Positions 28,529-42,308 of a DNA stretch of 64,000 nt are shown here, piece after piece (the stretch's first letter is position 1; every line of letters starts with the position of its first letter). Source of the stretch: Octopus vulgaris (taxonomy: Eukaryota); contig OX597828.1 in NCBI GenBank assembly GCA_951406725.2, positions 31,248,001 to 31,312,000 of the forward strand. The letters run 5' to 3'. The position numbers and the translations under genes are program-made. The notes under the pieces are model-generated. The model was not told the DNA's origin. It did no database searches and saw only the letters and a list, made by a program, of their open reading frames with translations.

Positions 28529-29757
28529 TCATCGTTTTGGAGTGGTGACTAAAACACTTGAATATCAAATTAATTCCGAATGCTTTTCCGTGTTTCTTTT
28601 TTAATGCCTCCTCCTCGTCTCGAACATTGTGAATATCTAAACTTTCTCTATGGAAGCAAACATAATAACCAATTTCGAAACGAAATTAAGAAGCCAGTAC
28701 ACGAAATATGAACCAATTTGTTGAATAGCATGTGTAATAGAGAAACACAAAATAGATGGCAATGCTATATTACGAAAGATATATTTTACTATTACTTGCA
28801 TCTAAACTGATATTTCAGGATTAAGAAAATGCAGAAAATTTCGCTACGATGTTGCCCGAGTAAGAGGATGGATAATGTTCAAAACGTTTTACCTGCAAAT
28901 TTTAGTGGGAACGGTTTCTAAAATAGATTTGTAAGTATTATCTGAATATCATGCTCAATAAATATTCCTTCCTACTATAGCTATACGCCTGATATGTTGG
29001 AGGGGAAAGCTTATCGATAGCGTTGACTCCAGTGTTTAACTGGTAATTATGTTTTCGACCGGGAAAGTAATATGAATTGAAAACGTCACGGCGGAGAAAA
29101 TGCTGTCCTGCTTTTTATCAGGCGTGCTAACAGTTCTGACTACACGTCATCGTTTTGGAGTGGTGACTAAAACACTTGAATATCAAATTAATTCCGAATG
29201 CTTTTCTGTGTTTCTTTCTTAATGCCTTCTTCTCTTCTCGAACATTGTGAATATCTAAACTTTCTCTATGGAAGCAAACATAATAACCAATTTCGAAACA
29301 AATAGAAGAGTACACGAAATATGAACCAATTTGTTGAATAGCATGTGTATATAGAGAAACACAAAATAGATGGCAATGCATATTACGAAAGATATATTTT
29401 ACTATATACTTGCATCTAAACTGATATTTCAGGATTAAGAAAATGGCAGAAAATTTCGCTACGATGTTGGCCGAGTAAGAGGATGGATAATGTTCAAAAC
29501 GTTTTACCTGCAAATTTTAGTGGGAACGGTTTCTAAAATAGATTTGTAAGTATTATCTGAATATCATGCTCAATAAATATTCCTTCCTACTATACGCCTG
29601 ATATGTTGGAGGGGAAAGCTTATCGATAGCGTTGACTCCAGTGTTTAACTGGTAATTATGTTTTCGACCGGGAAAGTAATATGAATTGAAAACGTCACGG
29701 CGGAGAAAATGCTGTCCTGCTTTTTATCAGGCGTGCTAACAGTTCTGACTACACGTC
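28529..29757 (+). repeat. Tandem duplication of ~615 bp
   Basis: TCATCGTTTTGGAGTGGTGACTAAAACAC at 28529 and ~29148; both units end CTAACAGTTCTGACTACACGTC; each contains a decayed minus-strand family 3 SINE. Confidence 0.95.
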
Positions 29758-29979
29758 GCCCTTAATGTTCAAGAAATATTGAAATGCATATAAAATTATA
29801 ACCATATGGCTAAACGCTAGCGGGTAGAATATGTATAGATAAGAAGAAGGAAAGGCGAGAGAGTCAGAAGGAGCACTCCTTATCTCTCCTTTGCTGTCTC
29901 TCTTTCTCTTCTTATTCCTCCTCTTAAATTGACTCCCTATAGACATATATAGAAACACACACACATATATACATATACA

Positions 29980-30031
<52 letters not shown>

Positions 30032-30080
30032 CACAAACAAACAAACACACACACACACATATATATATATATGTGTGTGT

Positions 30081-30347
30081 GGAGGCGCAATGACCCAGTG
30101 GTTATGGCAGCGGACTCGCGGTTGTAGGAGTGTTTATTGAACGAAAACACCTAAAGCTATTCGAGCTCCGGCAGGTGGTGGTGGCGATCCCTGTCGTACT
30201 CTTTCGCCACAACTTTCTCTCATTCTTTCTTCTGTTGGCCTGCTCGCTTAGCCAGCGGGGTGGCATCCTTCGAAGGCTAAAACAATGCGAAGCGCATTGT
30301 GACCAGCGATGTGTAGCAATATATGCTAGCCTGGTCGGTCACGGTGA
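30081..30347 (+). mobile_element. tRNA(Arg)-like SINE (family 4; possibly octopus OR-type)
   Basis: GGAGGCGCAATGACCCAGTGGTTATGGCAGCGGACTCGCGG head (A-box, TCG anticodon-like loop), B-box region deleted, GC-rich body. Confidence 0.65.
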
Positions 30348-30900
30348 ATATCAAGATGAATATATATATATACTGAACCTTCAGATCTTAGTATGCTAGA
30401 CCACTGGTTTTAAATTGATGTTAAACAAATTAATATCCAATTTTAACCCTCATTTTAAGTTTATATATATACACGCACGATATGCTATAGTGAACCAAGT
30501 TCATAAAGAAGACATCTATTGCCGCGTGGCTGTAGTGTTGTTTAGTGGAACTCATCCCGAAATTACTGGTTATAACGGAAGGTTTGCAACCAGACAGCAT
30601 TGCTTCTATCACTGCTCATGTATGAACGTTCTAACGAGTATTTGTTATATGTACGTATACTTTGCATGTGTATCATCTTTTTACTTATGATATTGACATC
30701 AATTGTAATGAGGTATTCATCAGGATCACCAGTTCAGAATATATATATATCCTAAATTTTCACGGCAGTGAGAAATATATATCCTTGGATTAGAAATTCA
30801 ACTAATACATGCAAAATAGTTACAGACCAGAATGAAATCTAGTGAAGAGTGTGATAATACCCTCTACAGGATCGTTCATAAACCTCCGATGTTTACTATT

Positions 30901-30948
<48 letters not shown>

Positions 30949-31431
30949 CATGCATGTAAGTGGGTATGAATGTGTGTATGTGTGCATGTGTGTATGTATG
31001 CTTATATGTATGTATGTATGCATGTAAAGATGTATGTATGTATGTATTGATATGTCCTACAGATTTCCAACGGTTAGTATGGAGATAAAATCTTAACCTT
31101 TGTTCTGATAATGCACAATATCATTCTAATAGATTTGCATCTCTACACACAACTATCTTCGGCTTTTTTTTAAAAATGATTTCGTTATATTTAAACTCTG
31201 GTTCTATTGTCTTACTTACAATGTTATACTGTTTACTATTCTGGAAATAAATATTTATTTATTAGTTGCGGCAATTTCATTTAAAATATTAAAATATTCT
31301 GAATAAAAAAATAAAAGTTTTCTAAACCTGTTGGGGGAAATTAATGCATGACAATAGAACATCATTTGAATTCTTAGCAGATAATTAAATTGAAATAATT
31401 CTACCGGGAAACGTGATCATATACTTCTGTG

Positions 31432-31530
<99 letters not shown>

Positions 31531-33045
31531 TGTATATGTATATGTATATTATATTATTTTTGAATAGATTTGATATGCATAGCAAAAGAATTCTGTAAGG
31601 CGCGTGAACAAGAATAATACGTATCATTATACTTTGATTATATACTAGAATCACACGAAAATATGCAAAATTCTGATACAAATTTGTATGTAGGTGAGAT
31701 GCTTACTTATATATATATATAAATATATAGTAAGTTACAAAATGTAAGAGATGCTAAAGTGAGTGAAAAAAAAAAGAGATAAAATTCAATCTACAATCGA
31801 TATGCACTAGTAATATACATGTTTTCCAGTTTAACAATAGAGAAAAATCTATTAAATGATAAATGGAAATATATGATGTATACAAACCAGGAAATATTAC
31901 AAGAGTATTTAAATAGCATTCATTGTTTCCCTGTATAGTTCAATGTTATTTATCTATGTGTTATTTGCTCTTTTAATTTTTAATACCTGTCAATATATGA
32001 GCATACATATGCACACAAGCACGCGCTGATATATTTACAAAGGCCACCATATATACATATATATGTGTGTGAACGTGTGTGTGCGTGCATGCGTGTTTGT
32101 GCATGTGTGTGTGTGTGTGTGTGTAAGTATGAACTTACATTAAATTCTCCATGGGTGAACACAGGTAGTAATTATAGTATCCTATATTAGACATGATGTT
32201 CTGTTTTTGTTGACATTACATCTGTAACATTATCTCGTAATTCCTAAAATCTATTCATGTAAGTATAGGTGTTCAGAAAAATCAGTTCGTTATATCTGCA
32301 GATTTAAGAAAAGATATATAAGTACATGTAAATTTGCGGTTGCCAACATGTTTCAGTAGATCAAAATATGTGTTCGTGAACATAAGTTCACGAGTCGAAG
32401 CATGTTTGTCATGGAGATTTTACAATAATCCTGGATCATCCCAAGCTGTCTGGAGTTAAATTGGGTGGAGGGAAACTATGTAGAAACTAATGAGATTAAC
32501 TGAACATTTAATTCAAATATTTAGACATGTCTCGAGTGCCATGCCATGTGGATTGAACACAAAAAATACACTATGGCTACTCCACATGTCTATGTAATGA
32601 ACGTAACCTCAGACGTTTACTTAACGAATAGTGGTTTCTCTGAATGAAACAATTGAATGCTCCTCCTTGAAGCGATGGAGGAGCCATCACTGATGTTTCA
32701 GAGAAGTCATATCTGTATGATGAATATCAAATAATTCAAGAGAATATAAAGGTATAGGTTACAGTAAACGGATCTATTTTAAGTCTGTAAGAGCAAATGA
32801 GTCTTCTGTTGCCAAAAATGTCATCTATCGATACCTTCAATGAACCATAGTGTGTAATCAACCCAAATATCTTTGGGGGAACAGTCAAATACATTAGAAT
32901 CTTATGATGCATATCATGTGAAAAAATACAAATGTAATTAGAAGATTATAATACAAAACCGAAATCGAAGTGCATCTCGCGGAGGTTATGGATATAAATA
33001 TCAACTCGAACCGTGTTCCTGCCATTCGTAATTTACGCATCAAGT

Positions 33046-33880
33046 ATGACCCGATTGTCAGCAGCGCAGAGACATCAAGCTTTCGGCCGATTGCAAGCAG
33101 GGGAGCATGCCCTGGTAGTTGCGAAATATTATAATATCAATGTCGGCACCATCTATCACCTGCAATAGCAATGCAACAACACTCGTGCTCGTTGAGGGCG
33201 CCCGGTAAACCACGCCCAGGTAGGACCGCATAATCCACCTGCGGCACCTGTGTGATTACTTCAGACGGGCGGACATGACAACTCGCGAGAACATTGGCAC
33301 TGGGCATTGACTCATCAGCGATATCGACTGATCGCCAACAACCTGCACTTCCGTTGTGCTGCTCGAGGGCATGTCCTCACCACCCACTACTGTCAGGGAC
33401 GCTACACAGTGCGCTACACAGCAGCGATATTGGAGGCATCAACAGTGGAGGTCGATAGTGTTCTATGACGAGAGCCGGTACTACGTTTGCAGCTAGGATG
33501 GGAGAGTGAGGTTGTGGCATAGGAGGGGTAAACGCTACACAGACGTATGTGTCACGAAGAGAGATCCGTGTGGTGGCCAAAGCATCATGGATTGGGGTAC
33601 AATAGGCCTTAATCGGAGAAATGGACCCCATTTGTTCCTAAAAGTTGGTGCAGGCAGATGGAATGGTCTCACAGTGCAGCACAACATCAGAAACATGTGG
33701 TCGGTTCTCAGCCCGGATTTGAACCCAATTGAACACCAGCGGGATGAAATCCAGAGACATCTTAACCAGGTGTTCCGAAGGCCAACAACACCTGTGGAAC
33801 TGGAGGAAGCTTTCCTCGGGGCATGGGTATAGGTGCCAATGGTTTTTGTGAATCGCCTCATACACTCCATATAATCTACG
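33046..33880 (+). mobile_element. Tc1-like transposase pseudogene
   Basis: MTRLSAAQRHQAFGRLQAGE.. HTH start, VFYDESR, GGQSIMDWG and SPDLNPIEH motifs; stops, frameshifts and an internal deletion. Confidence 0.9.
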
Positions 33881-34084
33881 GTGTATGTTTTGAACCGACC
33901 ACATGTTTCTGGTGTTGTGCTGCACTGTGAGACCATTCCATCTGCCTGCACCAACTTTTAGGAACAAATGGGGTCCAATTCTCCGATTAAGGCCTATTGC
34001 ACCCCAATCCATGATGCTTTGGCCACCACACGGATCTCTCTTCGTGACACATACGTCTGTGTAGCGTTTACCCCTCCTATGCCA
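33515..34084. repeat. 193-bp inverted duplication (33515-33707 / 33892-34084)
   Basis: Arms differ at only about 3-4 positions. Confidence 0.95.
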
Positions 34085-34929
34085 TTATTATTTTCCCAAC
34101 CATGCTCTTCGATCTTCTGTGATGTGATATTTTCAGTGTAGGGTTGCGCATTGTCCTGATGGAACATCACTCCTTTTCGATTCACTAAAGTGGGTCTTTT
34201 TCTTCAAAGTTTGGTTCAAACTCTCTAATTGCTGAGAGTAGACTTGAGTATTGATTGTTACATTAGGTGATAACAATTCAAAATGAATTATTCCTTTGCA
34301 ATCCCACTAGATAGAGAGAAGAACCTTTTTCCTATGATGTTCCTTTTTCGGTTGTGGTTGAGCTTTTAAACTTTTACCAAGCCACTGTTTACGACGTTTA
34401 ACATTTCGATAGAAGATCCATATCTCGTTATCAGTTACAAGTCTATCCAAAAAGGGTGAAATGAGTTCGCGAGAATGGAGAGAAGAGCAGATGTCAACTC
34501 GAGACTTGCGGTTGCTTTCGGACAATATATGAGGTACCCATTTTCTAAGTTGTTGAAAATGACAATGAACAGTTGTATTGTTTGAACTCAGTTTTATTGC
34601 CAATTCTTCAACTGATAAAGCAGGATTCTCTTTAGGTAATGCCTCAAAGAGCATATCATCAAACTCAACTGGACGTCCTGTTCGATCTTCATCTTCAAGG
34701 CTGAAATTTCCAATTCTGGATTTTGCAAACCATCTTCTGTAAGCTCTTTCATTCAAGCATTCTCTCCCATAAACTGATTCAGTTCGGCTGCAGAGTTTCC
34801 TTTTTTCTAATCATAAAGCATTATATGCCTCAAATGTTCTTTGGATACTTCCATGTTAGAAAGGGTTTTATTCAAAGTAATTTGAATTCTATTATCGTGT
34901 AAAATAATAATTAGTTTGAATGTACATAG

Positions 34930-35294
<365 letters not shown>

Positions 35295-35299
35295 AGTAT

Positions 35300-35351
35300 T
35301 GGTTAAGAGTGTGGGCTAATAACTCCCAGATTCTGAGTTCGATTCCAGGGA

Positions 35352-35445
<94 letters not shown>

Positions 35446-35612
35446 TAATAATAATAATAACAATAACAACAACAACAACAGCATCGAAAAACTCAGGTTC
35501 GAAAATTTCCCCAAGATACCTGATGAAGCCTGGAGGGTATGTCAGCCGAAACGTTGTGATAACAAACAAGATGAGGACAAATATCCGTCAATTGTAAATA
35601 ATGTAAATAATG
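35300..35612 (+). mobile_element. Hammerhead-SINE copy, head-to-head with the previous copy
   Basis: TGGTTAAGAGT..GAGTTCGATTCC head, (TAA)n(CAA)n, tail. Confidence 0.85.
35515..35560 (+). ncRNA. Minimal type-I hammerhead ribozyme motif
   Basis: GATAC-CTGATGA-AGCCTG gagggtatgt CAGCC-GAAA-CG-TT-GTGAT; consensus across copies gives stem I GACAC/GTGTT, stem II GGCTG/CAGCC, palindromic ACGT stem III. Confidence 0.75.
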
Positions 35613-36282
35613 TTTAAATGTACACAAATGCATAAACATAATTTTTAATTCCATTAGACTTTCCAAAATATTATTAAATTTCATTCAATTTTAAAATATG
35701 TAAGATCGGACAGAACTTATTGGATGACCTGATAAGAAGAAAGAACAACCAAACGCAAAATGAAGAGTCCTCCATCGATGAAAACAATGTTTCACGAGTA
35801 CAGACTTAAAATATCATTCAGTTGTATTCATAGTCGTTCACTCAGTAATATTTGCAGAAAATCTAATTTTCCTTCCATCCTAAGAGATATATTGCCAATC
35901 GAAATAGGGAATATACAAATATAAGCAAACAAAACAAGAATGAACCAGCTTAATTTGCAGAAATGTAAGATACACCCAAGTACAACGCATACAAATCATA
36001 TATACTGAATACAAACTGATTACAAGTTCAACAAAAGTCAGTAATGTTGAATAAGTGACAGAAGAGGCATATTCAGTAAACACTGTTCGTCAACAAACTA
36101 AGTAACATAATGAAGTTCAATGCCGTCAATATTAGAGCCCACGACGGGTCTTAATTAATAAGGGCAATGAGCTACTAATTAATTGCAGACTCTGTTTGAT
36201 TCAGAGTAATCTGCACATTCGTAACATCATTCCCCACACATTATCCCCACACTAACCTTTGTATCCAGGAAAGTATTTACTA

Positions 36283-36786
36283 TTAGGTTGGCAACTAAGT
36301 TCCCGCCGTCTCTCCAATTTTAAATTTTTAAAAGGTTTAATAAAAAATAGCAACTAATTTATTATACCTAGAACACCGACAATCACTGGTATTGTAAGCA
36401 CCATGAGAATCCACATTTTCTCAATTTGAATGAGCAACCCTTGTTGTTTACAACTTCTTCACAACGTTCAACAAGATTTTCAATAACTCGTTGGTAGAAA
36501 TCATCCGATTTTGACTCGAAAAACTGATCCAACCAAGCTCTCGATTCTGCATCAGTACTGAAGGACACTCTGCGCACAGCATTTGAAAGAGATCTAAGGA
36601 GGTGGAAATCCATTAATGCCAAATCAAGAGAGTAGGGCAGATGTGGCACCACTTCCCAGTCATGCGTTTGAATGGCTTCCTTGGTCATATTGGCGATATG
36701 AGGGCGGGTGTTGTCGTGCAGCGGAAGAACTCCATGCTGCCGATTAGGTCTTTTCTCTTGAAGAGCCGTGTTGGGTCGTTCCATCC
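36283..36786 (-). mobile_element. mariner 3' fragment with TIR
   Basis: LHDNTRPH and HLPYSLDLALMDFHL (YSPDLAP-like) motifs; TA|TTAGGTTGGCAACTAAGTTCCC TIR at 36281. Confidence 0.9.
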
Positions 36787-37450
36787 TTTTGTACTTCTAA
36801 TGCGGATAGTAAGCAAATGATCATTGTCAATTTGTTTTTTTCTGTTTTCATTATACCTAGAACACCGACAATCACTGGTATTGCAAGCACCATGAGAATC
36901 CACATTTTCTCAATTTGAATGAGCAAATTTTTATACCTTCTCAAATTCTTTTGCTGAGATATTATGACCATAAGGTCTACACTTGTCGAACAATAAACAG
37001 ACAGTATTGCTTTGGTATTTCACAACGATAACGGGTTTATTAGCTTTGATAGTTTTGAGTGTATGTCATGGAAAGTCCAAAAGAATCGTTACATTTCCTC
37101 CCTCAGTTACAGCCTCAGGATGGTGATTATCCGGCTTGTTGGCAGCTTTGATTTTATAATACCGACATATTAACCAGCTTAGCCATATTTGCCATGTCTT
37201 GATTTATATTCCACTGGTGCTAAAACTTTATATCCAGAGATAAGATGACCCACTCTTTCATTCACATAATAGGAGAAACGGAATTTTGAATCTACTCCAT
37301 TTTTCATCAAGATGGCGTGGTCCCAGTTCAATAAGCTTTGACCTTCAGCAGCTAAAATGAAGTTTTCACTCTCTGTCCTCAGCCTTGAACTCCCTTACCA
37401 TTAATTTCCGATTTCTTTGCAAGGACAGTTGCCGCACTTTCCTGTACGCT
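36787..37450 (-). mobile_element. R4/Dong-like RLE retrotransposon remnant
   Basis: HLISGYKVLAPVEYKSRH (CCHC region), KTIKANKPVIV, ISAKEFEK..YKNLLIQIEKMW..IPVIVGVLG. Confidence 0.8.
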
Positions 37451-39314
37451 AATATACACGTCAGGTACATTATCGACTACATTCGATTGATGTAGTGTCT
37501 ACCACTGTGGAGAAAATAATGATAAAGAATTTAGAATGGCTAGGTGTACGTATTAATATATAGCTTAACGAATTAGATATTCAGAGACGTTCACACGATG
37601 TAATAAAGATCTATAATGTGTATTCCTTTGGTGTATTATCTTAAAGGTTTATGAATTCATAAATGTACACGATTTATTTGAAAATTAAAGTTTTCCTCTC
37701 TATAAAATATAATATTTCCATATACCACAAACATATGGTACTAATAAGATAAATTTGAGTATATTGTAATATAAGATCAAAATGAAATTTCAATAAAATT
37801 TGATTTATTATAAATCTGCAAATACATCGCATATTAATGAAGTAATATTCAGCAAGTTTAAAGAGATATCTAATAATTTGAATCTCAATTAATACTTTGA
37901 TTTCAATTAATTAACATTAGTCATAAATGTGTTACTGTAATTTATCTCATCATTGATAGGAAAATAAATTGAATAACCATATGATTTCATATTTATTGCC
38001 AACCAAACGAAGATATTTCACCAGTAAACACAACGTTATGCTCATCGTTATGAATTTTCAAACGATTGCTCTATGGTAAGTAAATAAGTTATCGAGGCGC
38101 GCAGAATTAGGATGTAGACAGTGAAATATAACCACATATGTATTCGTTTGTGTGCGTATGTGTGTGTGTACGTCTATGTACGCATGTACGTATATGGACA
38201 GATGGATGCATATATATGTATGTATATACGTATGAATTCCTTATACAGTTGTTGAAATAATATTGAAAATGAGATCAGCTGCTTCACCAGTCATATTCAG
38301 ATGAGATATATCAGTCACTGTGTCAGGACTTTTGTCAGTCATGCTCCATCAAAGTGGCAAATTCGAGGGATGGCTGTATGACATTATAAGTGGATGTTGC
38401 CGATGCAATTTCCCAAAACAGTAAATCCAGGAGCTCTGTAGGGAAGAATTAACTCTTAATAACAGGTCTATAGCAGAAAAAAAAAATCATTATAAGTAGA
38501 GTCAATATCAATAGTAATTAAGAATCACGAATGAATTTACGATCTGCACTGGATTTTGTTAAATTCATATTAGCAATATTTGGAAAAAAAAAAAATGAAA
38601 ACCTAACGTGATTTCAATTTGCTGCTTCGTTTAAAATATAATGTTTGTATACCACTTAGCAGTCATTTCATATATTCTGAAAACACACTTAACGAAACGC
38701 AGCTCCGGGTGAGAATAGAATATCAATAATTTCAGCACGTTTCTGGTTTGCGGTGACATTGATTAAATGCTATTCAAATGTTTTGGTACCGAAGGTCGAG
38801 CGCTCATATTTTGAGGATGCACATAACATTTGTGCGTGTGTGTGGTTGTGTGTTTGTGTCTGTATGTCTGTCTGTTTCTGTCATAGGAAATTTAAAGATG
38901 TATATTGATACCTGGGATCTTAAGATACAATCTGGTTTTATAACTAAGTAATGTTTAGCAACAGTAGTTAATGAATCGTAATGTTATATTAAACTTGCTT
39001 TTTTGTTCTTCCGCTTCAAAAGAATTTTGAAGAATCCTCGTTTACATTTATTGTATTGTTTGACAGAGCAGCAAAAGCAAATTTATTGTATTAGGCATTT
39101 CAGTATTGTTTCAAATGTAAATCCACGACTGAATGATGCAGTTCAGTCACAAGTCCAAGACTGTTTTCACGAGGTGTTTCACCTTATATTTTGGTGGGGA
39201 TCAATGAAGAAACTACCAGTTAAAGCAGTGGAATCTATATAACTGACAACGCACTCCACTGAAGTGACTGGCCTTGTGCCAAAATTTGAAATCATCATCA
39301 TCATTATTATGATT

Positions 39315-39530
39315 AAGGCGGTGAGCTGGAAGAATCGTTAGCACGCCGGGCAAAATACATAGTGGTATTTTCTCTGTAGTTACGTTATGAGCTCAAATTC
39401 CGCCGAGGTTGACTTTGCTTTTCATCGTTTCGGAGTCGATAAATTCAGTACCAGATACGCACAGGGGTCCATGGAATCAACTTAATCCCTTCCCCTAAAT
39501 TTGAGGCCTTGTGCATCCAGTAGACCGGAT
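39315..39530 (+). mobile_element. tRNA-derived SINE (family 3) with (ATT)n tail
   Basis: GGCGGTGAGCTGGAAGAATCGTTAGCACGCCGGG..GAGCTCAAATTCCGCC..CTTTTCATCGTTTCGGAGTCGATAAATTCAGTACC. Confidence 0.75.
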
Positions 39531-39550
39531 TATTATTATTGTTGTTGTTG

Positions 39551-39645
<95 letters not shown>

Positions 39646-39647
39646 AT

Positions 39648-39848
39648 TAAGGTTTGATAACTAAGTAATGTTTAGCAGCAATATATCGTCTGTCTTTACG
39701 TTCTGAGTTCAAATTCTGCATTTGAGGCGGACTTTGCCTTACATCCTTTCGAAGTCTAAAAAACAAGTAACGTATGAATTCTTGGGTCGATGTCATTGGT
39801 TCAGCCTTCTCCCCCAAATTTTCTAATCTTGTACCAAAAGATGAAAAC
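39648..39848 (+). mobile_element. SINE family 3, diverged tandem copy
   Basis: CTTTACGTTCTGAGTTCAAATTCTGC..GACTTTGCCTTACATCCTTTCG. Confidence 0.65.
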
Positions 39849-40262
39849 AATTATATTACTGCTTATTTCGAACATTATAATATACACCAATGTTTAGTAG
39901 GAGACAATACATACCAGTAATATTGTGTTCACTTTTCATGTGACTATATCACCTGCAAGCAATTATAATATCTAATTCTAAGAAATTTTCACAACATTCG
40001 TTTTCAGTTAGTGTTTAAAATTATTTTCTTTTAAAAAAAGTTTGTTCGCCAAATGATGTAATCAATATTTGTTATTGTCTATGTTCACACGAGATATAAC
40101 AACTCAATTATCTTCTGTTCTTTTTTTTACTTTTTTAAACGTCGATTGCGATTATTTTACATTCTGTCTAAGTGTTGGCTGTCGAAATCTTGGAAGTTAT
40201 CTAGTTGTGAAGTATGTTCTTGATAGTTTTCCAGTTAGAATTTATTTCTTTTCCTTTAAATG

Positions 40263-40264
<2 letters not shown>

Positions 40265-40351
<87 letters not shown>

Positions 40352-40480
40352 ACTACTGCTACTACTACTACTACTACCACCACCACCACTACTACCACTA
40401 CTACTACTACTTCTACCACCACCACCACCACGACCCCCCACTACTACTACTATTGTTGCTACTGCTGCTAGTGCTGCTGC
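40265..40480. repeat. Compound (TAC)n(TGC)n(CAC)n microsatellite
   Basis: Directly visible; a second (TAC)n run lies at 41069-41204. Confidence 0.95.
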
Positions 40481-40503
40481 CGAAACTCATAATGATGATA
40501 ATA

Positions 40504-40906
<403 letters not shown>

Positions 40907-41077
40907 TATGATAACAATGATGATGATGATGAGGAGGTGGAGGATGAAGCCTCCGTTACTGCTACTACTACTGCTCTTTTACGTATTGTAGATGGACTAT
41001 TAAAACCGCTTACACAACACCTCCCGAGTACCATACTACTATTAATAAACTAGAGATCACCGTCACCATTACTACAA

Positions 41078-41207
<130 letters not shown>

Positions 41208-41579
41208 CAATAAAAGTACCAAAGCTGATATCATTTTGATAGTCATTTCAGCTGTAGACAAGATCTGAATGTTAGTGAGGAGGTAGTTAGTCAATTGGAC
41301 TGACCCAAATGTTTAATCCGTACTTAAAACATCGACAAAGAAAGCAGGAGCAGTAAAATTGATCTCAGTGACATTTGAAATGATACTAATATTAACAAAA
41401 CGGAACGAAAGACGTTGTTTCTACGTTGCTCCTTAGACTGCAAATATTGCAAATATCACATAGAAATTGTTCATTCCTTACTGAATAAGCTTCTCATGGA
41501 GTGTATTAGGGAAATAGGCTGTATAGGTTTAGTGGTTTCTTGATTAGCGCCTGACCGACGTGCAACATAGCAGTTAAAA

Positions 41580-41800
41580 TAATCTGTTATAGATCTTGCG
41601 GGGATGGTCAGCTAGCGATCATTCTCAAGAAATTTTCATTTCTTTCTTTGATTATTCCTAGCGCACCGACAATCATTGGTATCGTAAGCGCCATGAGATG
41701 CCATATTTTCTAAATTTGAATGAGTAGATCTTTATGCTGCCTGAGCTTCTCAAATTCTTTTGCCGAGATATAAAGATCATGAGGTATATTCATGTCGATA
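41580..41800 (-). mobile_element. R4/Dong-like RLE 3' remnant
   Basis: Homologous to 36850-36990: ISAKEFEKLRQHKDLLIQI*KIWHLMALTIPMIVGALGIIK. Confidence 0.75.
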
Positions 41801-41893
41801 GCATTAGGTATGTGGTATATTATCAATACCAATAGGTATTTAAAATGATCGACCTCTTTCATATAACATGTGTTTCATTACAAATTACAAATA

Positions 41894-42308
41894 GGCGCAG
41901 GAGTGGCTGTGTGGTAAGTAGCTTGCTAACCAACCACATGGTTCCGGGTTCAGTCCCACTGCGTGGCATCTTGGGCAAGTGTCTTCTGCTATAGCCCCGG
42001 GCCGACCAATGCCTTGTGAGTGGATTTGGTAGACGGAAACTGAAAGAAGCCCGTCGTATATATGTATATATATATGTGTGTGTGTGTGCATGTTTGTGTG
42101 TCTGTGTTTGTCCCCCTAGCATTGCTTTACAACCGATGCTGGTGTGTTTACGTCCCCGTCACTTAGCGGTTCGGCAAAAGAGACCGATATAATAAGTACT
42201 GGGCTTCCAAAGAATAAGTCCCGGGGTCGATTTGCTCGACTAAAGGCGGTGCTCCAGCAAGGCCGCAGTCAACTGACTGAAACAAGTAAAAGAGTAAAGA
42301 GTAAGAGT
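41894..42308 (+). mobile_element. SINE family 2, full-length copy
   Basis: GGCGCAGGAGTGGCTGTGTGGTAAG head through AAAAGAGT-repeat tail. Confidence 0.93.
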
